In this document: piece by piece, positions 1-8,665 of the stretch
Layout of the letters: each line of letters begins with the position of its first letter
Numbering within the stretch: position 1 is the stretch's first letter
From: an archaeon
Lineage (GTDB): Archaea; Iainarchaeota; Iainarchaeia; Iainarchaeales; JAAZKV01
Direction: 5' to 3'
DNA length: 42,237 nt
Assembly: GCA_036170245.1 (NCBI GenBank)
Contig: JAVHOV010000002.1
Location: 1 to 42,237, forward strand
Translations under genes and position numbers: made by a program
The notes under the pieces: model-generated
What the model was told of the DNA's origin: nothing
Database searches by the model: none
Seen by the model: only the letters and a program-made list of their open reading frames with translations

Positions 1-118
1 AAGTAGAGGGGCAACCCTCTATTTATGCCTGTTTATAAATCATTTCTACAGAGCCGCTCGTATTTAAAATTTTAAACTCCAAATAATTTTATTTTTAACA
101 CAAAATTTAACCTTTAAA

Positions 119-1522
119 TTAAATTTCAAAATTTAGTGTTGTTTTTGCTTCATTCTTCTTACCTAATTGAAGTACAAAACTTGTTGACTCTTCAGGCACT
201 CTAAATTGCAAAAAACCTTCTCCAGAGTAACCTTTGTCCATATTTGTTTCAAGTAGATAATTGTCTAAATTTATTAATTGATTATCAGCTAAAACAGAAA
301 ATTCTGAATCTGGGCTAAAGAATAATTGATTCATTTTATTAGTTACTTTGAATCTAACTAACAAAAATTCTTTTCCCCTAGGACATACTAACGGACCCTT
401 CTCAGTTCCTTTTTCAGCCACAGTAAATTGAAAATCAACATTTCTATATTGTATTGATTTATTTATGTTAGTGGTCTTTGTCACTGCAGTCAGTCCTTTT
501 TTTCCTGCACTTATACTAATTTGTTGTTTTGCAACAAGCTCTTCTTGCAATTTTTTCTCTTCAGAAGAATATTCATTATATTTTGCGCTAATCTTTTTTT
601 CAAGTTCTTTAAACATTTTTTCTCTCAATTTTTTTGGAGCAAATTCATATTCTTTATCAAATTCTTTTCTCATTCTCTCTGATTCTTCTTTCATTCTGTC
701 TTCTGCATTTCTTTGTTTATTCCAATATTCGCCAGCAAGATCCTTAAACCCAGTCATTGTCCTAGTAACTTTTTTATTTTGAGCAACTCTATCTTCTTCC
801 CTTACTCTAGAATATGCTGGGAAATTAATTTCCCCAGCTTCTTGAGAATTAGACCCCTGTTTTATTTGATCTGAAATTATATAATCATAGATTTTTTTTG
901 TCAAAGTTATTCTCTTGTCAGGATATTCAACAAGATTTGTAGCATATACTCCAGTAGGAGTTACCGTGATTTTTCCATGAGATATTTTTGAGTCCCCAAT
1001 AGTTGCTTCTATTCCTAAGGAAGGGCAAATAACTTTTCCGTCAAACCAAAAAAGAGTTATATTATTGTCATTAAGTTCAATGCAAGCAGATATTTCTTTT
1101 TTCCTGCCAAATTCACCATTTAATGGTTTGAATTCTATTTTTGGAAAACTTGGAGCAATAATAATTTTTTTTGATAAATCACTTGCACTGCTCATTAATA
1201 TTCTAAATAATCCCTTTACTAACTCAACCTTTGTTATTACTTGAACTGTCACATCTTCATTGCTTCGCTTAACTTCTTCTATTGAAAGTATTAACTCACT
1301 TTCAGGAAACATTACTATTTTAGTGTCCTCAACACCTTTTCCTTTAAATTCCCCTCCATCTTCAATTCCCCATATTACCCCTTTTTTAGTGATTAATCCA
1401 TCACCAGTTCTTAATTTTGGATTTTCTTCACTATTTTTTCCTAAAAGAATTCTTGACCCATTTCTTACTAAATAAGCCTCTCCAGAGAACTTGTAAGGTA
1501 CCAGTAATTCAGTTACAACCAT
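119..1522 (-). CDS. FecR-like N-terminal domain + charged helical/coiled-coil linker + C-terminal DUF4352-like Ig-fold protein (paralogue 1)
   Basis: ORF 119..1582, start moved to ATG at 1522 (MVVTELL) to avoid overlap with the upstream gene. N-terminal 'GDGLITKKG...IVMFPESELIL...VELVKGLF' resembles the FecR pattern. C-terminal 'GKEFLLVRFKVTN...GEGFLQFRVPE' resembles DUF4352. Family calls are by eye. Confidence 0.6.
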   Translation of the reverse strand: MVVTELLVPYKFSGEAYLVRNGSRILLGKNSEENPKLRTGDGLITKKGVIWGIEDGGEFKGKGVEDTKIVMFPESELILSIEEVKRSNEDVTVQVITKVELVKGLFRILMSSASDLSKKIIIAPSFPKIEFKPLNGEFGRKKEISACIELNDNNITLFWFDGKVICPSLGIEATIGDSKISHGKITVTPTGVYATNLVEYPDKRITLTKKIYDYIISDQIKQGSNSQEAGEINFPAYSRVREEDRVAQNKKVTRTMTGFKDLAGEYWNKQRNAEDRMKEESERMRKEFDKEYEFAPKKLREKMFKELEKKISAKYNEYSSEEKKLQEELVAKQQISISAGKKGLTAVTKTTNINKSIQYRNVDFQFTVAEKGTEKGPLVCPRGKEFLLVRFKVTNKMNQLFFSPDSEFSVLADNQLINLDNYLLETNMDKGYSGEGFLQFRVPEESTSFVLQLGKKNEAKTTLNFEI

Positions 1523-1547
1523 TTTCAAACACATTCCACAAAAATAA

Positions 1548-3164
1548 TCATATCTTAAATTTAAATTTCTTTTTTTCTTCAACTTTTTTCCCTATTTGAA
1601 ATTCAAAATCTTTAGCATCTTGAGGAACCATAAACAAAACATATCCTTCAACATTTTTTCCAGGATCAATATTTGTCGGTATTGTATAATTTACTGGAAC
1701 AAATTCAGTTCCTTCTACAATAATTTTGAATGATTCATCAGGTGAAAGAAAAGCGTCAGAAGTACTTTTGTTTGTTGCTCTAAGGTCCACTGTTAAAAAT
1801 TCTTTCCCATTTTGGGCCACTCTTAATCCAAGTTCAGTTCCTTTTTGAGCAGTCATAATTTCAAAATCTATTTTCTGATAAGTATATTTTTCACTTATAT
1901 TTGCAGATCCTGTTATTGCAGTAATTCCTTTCTGAGTAGCAGTACTCTTCAGTTGATTCATAAAATCTTCTCTTGCACTAAGTTTTTGTGTTTCAAATGC
2001 TATTGCAGCGCCTAAAGTAGGTTTTGATTTAACAGAATATTTTTCTTCTAGTTCCCCCTCTTTATTTTGAAGATCGCTAATAAGGGTTTCATAATTTTTT
2101 CCTGTTCGTTTGACAATAGTTTTTGAAATTATTTTGTCTTCTTCATTTAAAGCTGAATAATAAGGCAAGGGAGAAAATAATTTGTATACCTCACTCTCTG
2201 CTTGTTTAACCATTTGTTCAAGCATTTTTTTTCTTTTCTTGAATATTTCTTCGCAATCTTCCTCATCAATTGGAGTTTTTTCAAAAAATGCTTTTGTGGA
2301 TTCAATTTGTTCTTTTGCCAGATTAATTAAAGATTCATCCCCAAGCTTTTGAGCATTCTTTAATTGTTCTTCTAGCCCCAGAAGCATTTCTTTTTTTGTG
2401 TCAGTTTTTTTCTTGTCCTTTGATTTTTGTAATTCTATAAGAGCTTTTTTTCCAGCAAAATAAGAAGAATATTGGGAAAGTAAAGTAAGTCTATTTCTTA
2501 TTTCACTTACACGTTCATCAGGATTTTTTATATTATTAGAGCAATAAATTGAATTGTTCTTTAGAGTTATTTTTAAGTTTCCAGGAGCATTTATTCCCCC
2601 AGCAATAAGTTTTGTACTTTTATTCATTATTCTGTTTATTGTACTAAATATTACTATTGAACTATCTCTATTCAACTCCATTATTGCACTTGCTTGTTTA
2701 GATTTAGAATATTCTCCAAACAGAGGTTTAAATTCAAATTCAGGATACTTCAAAGGAATTACTAATTTGTCCTCTATTCTTCCTTGAGTTACTATTGAAA
2801 ACATAAATACTCCTTGAACCAACTCTATTTTTGAAATTGATTGAGGTTTTGAGGATTTTATTGAAAGAATTACTTCACTATTTGGAAAAAGTGTTAAAGA
2901 AATTGCTTCCTTATCAGTCGAACCGTTTCCATAAATACCAAAAGCACATCCTTTTTCAGTTACTAATTTGTCGCCATCTTCAAGCACAATTTTTTCTTCT
3001 TTTCCAGAATACGTTTCAAAAGAAATTAATTTTATTTTACGCCCTCTTCTTTGTACAAAAGCAGAACCAACTACAGTATATTCAATATAATTATTTTCAT
3101 TCATTTCAGGAGAACTTTTTGCCCCGCCACCCATTGCAGCAACAACATTTTCTTTTTCAATCAT
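1548..3164 (-). CDS. FecR-like + helical linker + DUF4352-like protein (paralogue 2)
   Basis: 538 aa ORF with 'LEDGDKLVTEKG...LTLFPNSEVIL...IELVQGVF' and C-terminal 'GKEFLTVDLRATN...VEGYVLFMVPQD'. Collinear with 119..1522. Confidence 0.6.
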   Translation of the reverse strand: MIEKENVVAAMGGGAKSSPEMNENNYIEYTVVGSAFVQRRGRKIKLISFETYSGKEEKIVLEDGDKLVTEKGCAFGIYGNGSTDKEAISLTLFPNSEVILSIKSSKPQSISKIELVQGVFMFSIVTQGRIEDKLVIPLKYPEFEFKPLFGEYSKSKQASAIMELNRDSSIVIFSTINRIMNKSTKLIAGGINAPGNLKITLKNNSIYCSNNIKNPDERVSEIRNRLTLLSQYSSYFAGKKALIELQKSKDKKKTDTKKEMLLGLEEQLKNAQKLGDESLINLAKEQIESTKAFFEKTPIDEEDCEEIFKKRKKMLEQMVKQAESEVYKLFSPLPYYSALNEEDKIISKTIVKRTGKNYETLISDLQNKEGELEEKYSVKSKPTLGAAIAFETQKLSAREDFMNQLKSTATQKGITAITGSANISEKYTYQKIDFEIMTAQKGTELGLRVAQNGKEFLTVDLRATNKSTSDAFLSPDESFKIIVEGTEFVPVNYTIPTNIDPGKNVEGYVLFMVPQDAKDFEFQIGKKVEEKKKFKFKI

Positions 3165-3210
3165 TCTTTTACCCTTAATAAAATTAATTTTTTCAAATTA
3201 AACTTTTTAT

Positions 3211-4275
3211 TTAAGCGATTTTGAATCCTTCATGCAGTGGAGGATACTCTGGTAATTTTTCAAGTTTATTGAATGCCTCTAAAGTATTATCTCCTATCTT
3301 TTTTCTTACTAGTTTTGATTTTTCAGGCATTTCTTCAAGCATTTTCATTCTCATAGGATCATTCTTTAGAGCCATCATTTGCTTTTGCATTTCGCCAAAA
3401 AGCTCTTTTCCATTCCCTTTATAAAATTCTTTCATCTTTTTTTGTGCTTCAGCCATTTCTTTTAACTGCGCTTTAGTCATACCAGGCGAATTAGCAATTT
3501 TTGATAAATCCATTTGCCCAAAAGCAGTTAAGCTTTTTGTAAAATCGCTTGGATCAAATGATTTGAATTGCTCAATAGTTTTTTTGTCACTTTCTTCTGA
3601 GCCCATACTAATACCTGCTGCAATTGGGCTAAATGAAAATGAAGCTAGGGAAGATAATTCAGAAAATCTAGAATCAATATCTTCAAGCCCTTTTTTATAA
3701 ATCCCATTTCTTGTAACAATTATCTCCTGCATATATGCTGGCTTTACTTCAATCTTTTTTCCAGTTCCTTTACATTTCAAGCTAACCGAACCAAGTTGAG
3801 AATTAAACACAGTATTTCCGTTAGGCATTACTTCAATTATAATTGGCTTTGCTTCCTGCCCAGAAATTATTTCTGCAGTAGGAGTAATTAGAGCTTCGGT
3901 TGTAGTTACATTAAATATTCCTTTTATGAGTTCAACTTTTGAAATTATTGAACCAATCAGGTTCACTTCATTAATTTTATCAATTTTGCTCCACTTTTCA
4001 ACACTTATTTTAGCTTCGCTTTCAGGAAGTACTGTTAACTGAGTATTTTTGTCTTTATTATTTTCTTTTTTACTGCTGCTGATATTAATTGAAGAACACT
4101 TTCCCGTGGAAATTATGTCCCCATCTTCAAAAATTATTTTTGATTTAGCATAATCTTGCATAGAAATTTTTTTAAAATCAGGAAATTTGATTATTTTTCC
4201 TTTTCGTTTAATAAAAGCATTTTCCCCAATTATTCCCGCCAACATTATTTCTGATTCAATTTGTTCTTGCATCAA
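3211..4275 (-). CDS. FecR-like domain protein with Met/Lys-rich helical C-terminus (paralogue 3, no DUF4352 domain)
   Basis: 'FEDGDIISTG...LTVLPESEAKI...VELIKGIF...TPTAEI...GSVSL' FecR-like pattern. Ends at 'LPEYPPLHEGFKIA', matching the internal LPYYSALNEEDKI / FPAYSRVREEDRV motif of the paralogues. Confidence 0.55.
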   Translation of the reverse strand: MMQEQIESEIMLAGIIGENAFIKRKGKIIKFPDFKKISMQDYAKSKIIFEDGDIISTGKCSSINISSSKKENNKDKNTQLTVLPESEAKISVEKWSKIDKINEVNLIGSIISKVELIKGIFNVTTTEALITPTAEIISGQEAKPIIIEVMPNGNTVFNSQLGSVSLKCKGTGKKIEVKPAYMQEIIVTRNGIYKKGLEDIDSRFSELSSLASFSFSPIAAGISMGSEESDKKTIEQFKSFDPSDFTKSLTAFGQMDLSKIANSPGMTKAQLKEMAEAQKKMKEFYKGNGKELFGEMQKQMMALKNDPMRMKMLEEMPEKSKLVRKKIGDNTLEAFNKLEKLPEYPPLHEGFKIA

Positions 4276-4290
4276 AATCCCTTTAAAAAA

Positions 4291-4644
4291 TTATAATTTT
4301 ATATTTATTGCTTTTACTTCCCCTTTTTTGCTTTTAAAATTGAGTTTTAATTTTTTTATATCTTCAGGAACAGAAAATACAATTGTACAAATCCCAGTTT
4401 TTTGAGGTTCAACCCCATTATCAATATGCGAATCAACTGGAACTATAGTTTCTTTTTCATATTGTATAGTTATCTCTTCTTCAGGAAACATATAAAACGG
4501 ACTTTTTAATAAAATATTTTTCATCTCAAGACCAATTAAAAGAAATTTTTTCTTTTCTTGTTTTACCATAGTTTTGTACTCATCCTTTAGTTCTTTTGAT
4601 TTAACTAAAAAATTTACCCCACTATATACAACCGACTCAGCCAT
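4291..4644 (-). CDS. Stand-alone DUF4352-like (Ig-fold) protein
   Basis: 'YSGVNFLV...KKFLLIGLEMKN...PQKTGICTIVFSVPED' aligns by eye with the C-terminal domains of the two large paralogues. GGAG motif upstream. Confidence 0.55.
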   Translation of the reverse strand: MAESVVYSGVNFLVKSKELKDEYKTMVKQEKKKFLLIGLEMKNILLKSPFYMFPEEEITIQYEKETIVPVDSHIDNGVEPQKTGICTIVFSVPEDIKKLKLNFKSKKGEVKAINIKL

Positions 4645-4742
4645 TTTTTCTCAGTCTCCTAATCTTCAGTTCTATTGGACTTTTACCTGTATTAATACCT
4701 TTCATTCTTTTTTAGTTTCTCAACAAAACATAAAATTTAAAT

Positions 4743-4756
4743 AGGGGTTAACCCCT
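4743..4756. promoter_or_regulatory. Perfect 14-bp palindrome (AGGGGTTAACCCCT), candidate operator in a divergent promoter
   Basis: Seen directly, between a TATA-like AAATTTAAAT (about 4733-4742) and the ATG at 4768. Regulatory role is inference. Confidence 0.4.
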
Positions 4757-4767
4757 CAACTAATCAA

Positions 4768-5064
4768 ATGGGTATTTTTGACAATGTTATAAGTAAAGTT
4801 TCAAGTGACCTCCAGTATAGAGCAGGTTCCGAGATTTCTTCAGGAATAGAGAAAAAAGTCAAAGGCGGAATAGATAAGGTAACTGGAAAAAAACAATCTG
4901 ATAACAAAAATTGTCCTAAATGCAAAAAACCTCTTACTAGCGAAGGATTAAAATTTTGTCCTGAGTGCGGTGAGAAACTTATCCTAACTTGTGAAACATG
5001 CAGTATTGAATACCCTATTGGAACAAAATTTTGCACTCAATGCGGAAAAGCATTAAAGAAATAA
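4768..5064 (+). CDS. Double zinc ribbon (DZR) domain protein
   Basis: Four CxxC motifs (CPKC, FCPECG, CETC, FCTQCG), typical of DZR. Confidence 0.8.
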   Translation: MGIFDNVISKVSSDLQYRAGSEISSGIEKKVKGGIDKVTGKKQSDNKNCPKCKKPLTSEGLKFCPECGEKLILTCETCSIEYPIGTKFCTQCGKALKK

Positions 5065-5114
5065 TTGCATAATAATACATAATATTTTATTATAATATTA
5101 CTACTAATTAACTT

Positions 5115-5453
5115 GTGAATTTCAAACTATATTTTTGTATAATTCTTTTAGTTTTATTTTCTATTTTATTAGGGTGCACTACTTTAAACTCAAGTCAAAC
5201 TGACGCAGTAAATTTGAGTGACCTTGAAAACAAATGCATTAATCTTTGCAGAATTACTCTAGATAAAAATACTGACTTGACTAACGGGCCGTGTCTGGGT
5301 TTAATTGCAACTGACTGGGTCTGTGACGTTGCGCATAATCCAAGAACACAAACTGATAATTTAATTGAGAATAGATGTATTGCTTTTGCAAATGGAATTG
5401 CACACCACTTTATTGAAGTTGATGAAAGGTGCAAAGTAATTCAGACTAATTAA
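5115..5453 (+). CDS. Small Cys-rich secreted lipoprotein, unknown function
   Basis: Hydrophobic signal ending in lipobox-like LLGC, followed by six further Cys. Confidence 0.65.
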   Translation: MNFKLYFCIILLVLFSILLGCTTLNSSQTDAVNLSDLENKCINLCRITLDKNTDLTNGPCLGLIATDWVCDVAHNPRTQTDNLIENRCIAFANGIAHHFIEVDERCKVIQTN

Positions 5454-5458
5454 AATTA

Positions 5459-5604
5459 TACCCCGACCGGGATTCGGACCCGGGTTACCGCCTTATTCCA
5501 TTTCGCAAATAATCTGTCGAGTGTATGAACGCGAAGACAGGTTTTTCGCGAGCCTTTGAAAGGCTCTGAGAAGGCGGTGTGCTTGACCGCTGCACTATCG
5601 GGGC
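5459..5604 (-). tRNA. tRNA-Glu(CTC) with 73-nt intron at canonical 37/38 position (intron 5494..5566)
   Basis: Reverse complement folds as GCCCCGA/TCGGGGT acceptor, GTGC/GCAC D stem, CCGCC-TT-CTC-A|intron|A-GGCGG anticodon arm, CCGGG-TCCGAAT-CCCGG T arm. Intron end GGAA pairs with TTCT (positions 32-35), followed by a TA|A bulge. Confidence 0.9.
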
Positions 5605-5702
5605 AATATGCCTAAAGAAATGCTTTGCAATTCTCAACTATGTGCTATAATTAATCTCTTCCCTGATTAGGTTTATATTGCTTGCTTGCATTCATTATTT
5701 GC

Positions 5703-6365
5703 ATGAAAATAAAAGCTGTTTTAATAGATTTGGATGGTACTCTAATTGATTCTATCCCTTTGATTATGAAGAGTGATTTAGCCGCAATTAAGGAATTTGG
5801 TTTTAGCATTTCCCACCAGAAATTAAGGGAAGTAAGTAATTGGCACTCAAGGGACATCGCTTATTATTTAATGGATTCAAAGAAAACAAATTTTTGTTTA
5901 GAAGATTTTATTGCGTATAGAAGAAGTTATTTTGAGAAATTATTGAAGCAACATAAAGCAAATGGCTTGTGGTTTAAGGGTGCAAAGAATTTCTTAAAAG
6001 ATTTGAGCGAAATTTTTCCTTTAGCTTTGGTCACCGGTTCTCGTCATCGTTTCATTAACCAAGTTTTTGATAAAAAAACCAAAAATTATTTCAAATCACT
6101 CATTACTAGTGATGAGGTTTTGCACAAAAAACCGGATATTGAACCTTTGAATATTGCAATTAGAAAATTGAGAGTAAAAAAGGAAGAAATTGTTTTTATT
6201 GGGGACTCAGTAATGGATGGTTTAATGTGCCAGAGGTTAGGAGTAAAGTTTATTGCAAAAATTGGCGGGATTAGTACTGAAAATCAGTTGAGAAAATTCA
6301 ATCCAGTTTTTGTTGCTAAAGATTTTAGTGAGATTACTTCTTTTTTGGCTTTGATTTCAAAATAA
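5703..6365 (+). CDS. HAD-superfamily phosphatase (phosphoglycolate phosphatase/PpaX-like)
   Basis: Motif I DLDGTLIDS, motif II VTGS, motif III KP, motif IV FIGDS. Start taken at ATG 5703 (MKIKAV). Confidence 0.88.
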   Translation: MKIKAVLIDLDGTLIDSIPLIMKSDLAAIKEFGFSISHQKLREVSNWHSRDIAYYLMDSKKTNFCLEDFIAYRRSYFEKLLKQHKANGLWFKGAKNFLKDLSEIFPLALVTGSRHRFINQVFDKKTKNYFKSLITSDEVLHKKPDIEPLNIAIRKLRVKKEEIVFIGDSVMDGLMCQRLGVKFIAKIGGISTENQLRKFNPVFVAKDFSEITSFLALISK

Positions 6366-6947
6366 TCATTTTTTAATTAAGTTTTCATCAATTAGAGATA
6401 ATTTTTCTTCTAAAAGAGAAAGATTGATTACAGTGTCTTTGCATCCATCTTTTACGAGCATCACTACTTGAGGAACTATTTTTACTTGTTTTGTTAATTC
6501 AAAAGCCATTATCGCTTCGTGAAAACAAGATACCCCTATAGCTGCTTTTGGTTTATATTTGTCAAGCATTTTTTTAACCATGCTTCCACCAGGAACCATA
6601 AATATTTGTGTATACCCTAATCCTTCGGCAAGTTTTACAGCTTTACTCACATCACATCCTCCACAGTGCTGGCAATGCAACCCTTCATCATCGCTAATTG
6701 CTTGGCAGGTTTTGGAGTTTCTTGAACAATGCGGCAGAAACAGTGCTCTTTCATTAAAAGGAATTTTTTTGAATTCTGGCTCATATACTGCGTTTCTAAG
6801 TTCTACGTGAGCAAATTGAATTAAAGCGTCGCTTAATCCCAAAGATTTTCCAATTGATTCAGCTGCACTTGCTGCATTGAAGTGTGCTCCAGCATCAACC
6901 GTTTTTCCTACAGCAGTTTTTATTTTTTGATAAATACTTTCAGCCAT
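6366..6947 (-). CDS. DUF116 family protein
   Basis: 'RALFLPHCSRNSKTCQA...HCQHCGGC...PGGS...IGVSC...GCKDT' Cys pattern characteristic of DUF116. Start taken at MAESI. Confidence 0.8.
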   Translation of the reverse strand: MAESIYQKIKTAVGKTVDAGAHFNAASAAESIGKSLGLSDALIQFAHVELRNAVYEPEFKKIPFNERALFLPHCSRNSKTCQAISDDEGLHCQHCGGCDVSKAVKLAEGLGYTQIFMVPGGSMVKKMLDKYKPKAAIGVSCFHEAIMAFELTKQVKIVPQVVMLVKDGCKDTVINLSLLEEKLSLIDENLIKK

Positions 6948-7000
6948 TACATAGAAAGAATAAAACAATTAATTAAAAAAGGAATTTACGAGCAGAAAAA

Positions 7001-8578
7001 TTACTCTGTTTTAATTATTTTTACCCAGCCGTGGTTTGCGTTAACTTCAACCATCATCCCGTCTTTTAGAACTTTTGTAGCAATCTTTGTTCCAATAATG
7101 CAAGGTATTCCTAGTTCTCTTGAAACAATTGCAGCGTGACAAGTAATTCCACCTTCGTCAGTTACTATTGCACTAGCTTTTTTCATAGCAGGAATATAAT
7201 CAGGTCGAGTCATTACTGCAACTAAAACCTCCCCTTGTTCTATTTTTGAAATTTCGGTTACACTCTTAAGTATTCTTACCTTTCCAATTGCTTTTCCTAC
7301 TGAAGCAGTAAGTCCTCTAAAATCATCCACTTGTCCTAATTCTTTACTTCCTAGAACCCTCTCTTTTACTTTGTCAGCATCATTTCCAGCCAAAGCTTCC
7401 ATTCCTGTTTTATCCCAATAATAAACTCCGTTTTGTTTTCTTGCAAGCATTTCTTCTTTTTTTAATTGCCCGTCAAAAACCATTTTTACTTCTCTTTGAG
7501 TAATGTATTTTAGCGAATCTAAACTAATTTTTGTTCTTTTAGAAATTTCATTAAGAAGTTTTGAAAGGTAATGCGTTGTTAAAAAAGAGGATCTTTTTCT
7601 TTCATCCTGCCAATAAGTAAAGTCCTCAGATATTTCAATCAATCCCATAATTTCCTGATTTATTTTCATTATTTTCATTAATTTTTCTTTTTTGCTTTTA
7701 TTTTCTTTGGGAGTGTTTGATAACCTCTTTATTTCAAGAGCAATATTCAGTTTTGAATTAAGTATTTTCTTTAATTCTTCAATAAAATAATCATTTCCCA
7801 AAATATTATCATCAACGTAGTTGTTTCTTGTCCAGTAATACTTTTTTTGGTGTTTTGAAATTAACTTACCCTCTTTTGTTCCTTTTATTTTTTTATCTAT
7901 TTCATAAGCAGTGAGTTTTTCAAATAGATTAGCAGATTTTGTTTTCTTTATTTTTAAAGCGAGTTTTAATAGTTCTACTTCTGCTTGATTAATGAATGAT
8001 AAATGAATCGGAGCAGTGAGTATTGAGAAAGCTTCAGTGAAACGCATTTTGTCTTTTACACTTGATAATTCAAAAACTTCCTTTATTTTTCCTGCAATAA
8101 GTTCATCAGACCCTAGTGCAAATCCGTCAATAATTGAACTTGAACTTCCTCTGTTTAAAATTGCTCTAAAGCACTTATCATGATAATCTAAAAAACTTTC
8201 ATTAGTTAGTTTTGTCAAATCTTTTTTTTCAAGCTCTTTACACATTTTTTCATATTGCGCTTCATCTTTTGCCCAAAGCTTCATTAATTTCTTTCCATAA
8301 CTTTTATCTTTTTTCAAATTAGTAAGAACAGTTTGAGTTACTTTGTTCATATCCTCGTGCAGTATGTACCAATCAGCTTTTCCATTTTCAAGAAAGCAAT
8401 AATGTACAGAAAAATCAAGTCCTTGCTTTCTTTCTTGATGAACTATTATCTCAGCTTCTCCGACCCAATGCATAAAGTAAGGAGCCCCATCAAACCTTTG
8501 GTGGTACCATTCTTTACCAGTCCATTTTGAAAGGTTATGCATTAAGTGTCCTTTAATGTACTGCATTTTTTCTTCCAT
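7001..8578 (-). CDS. PEP-utilizing enzyme mobile (phospho-His swivel) domain protein with long N-terminal region
   Basis: C-terminal 'VLVAVMTRPDY...AIVTDEGGITCHAAIVSRELGIPCIIG...ATKVLKDG' with the catalytic His. No ATP-grasp or PEP-binding barrel recognised. Confidence 0.85.
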   Translation of the reverse strand: MEEKMQYIKGHLMHNLSKWTGKEWYHQRFDGAPYFMHWVGEAEIIVHQERKQGLDFSVHYCFLENGKADWYILHEDMNKVTQTVLTNLKKDKSYGKKLMKLWAKDEAQYEKMCKELEKKDLTKLTNESFLDYHDKCFRAILNRGSSSSIIDGFALGSDELIAGKIKEVFELSSVKDKMRFTEAFSILTAPIHLSFINQAEVELLKLALKIKKTKSANLFEKLTAYEIDKKIKGTKEGKLISKHQKKYYWTRNNYVDDNILGNDYFIEELKKILNSKLNIALEIKRLSNTPKENKSKKEKLMKIMKINQEIMGLIEISEDFTYWQDERKRSSFLTTHYLSKLLNEISKRTKISLDSLKYITQREVKMVFDGQLKKEEMLARKQNGVYYWDKTGMEALAGNDADKVKERVLGSKELGQVDDFRGLTASVGKAIGKVRILKSVTEISKIEQGEVLVAVMTRPDYIPAMKKASAIVTDEGGITCHAAIVSRELGIPCIIGTKIATKVLKDGMMVEVNANHGWVKIIKTE

Positions 8579-8643
8579 TCATACCCACCAACACTTATTT
8601 TTTACTCTTAATAATACTGCACCAACCCAACTAATTAAATATG

Positions 8644-8665
8644 TGTAGTATTATATATTACTACA
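8644..8665. promoter_or_regulatory. Inverted repeat TGTAGTA-N8-TACTACA, candidate TrmB-family operator
   Basis: Near-perfect 22-bp palindrome overlapping the ATG (8665) of the TrmB-family gene, inside a divergent promoter. Confidence 0.5.
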
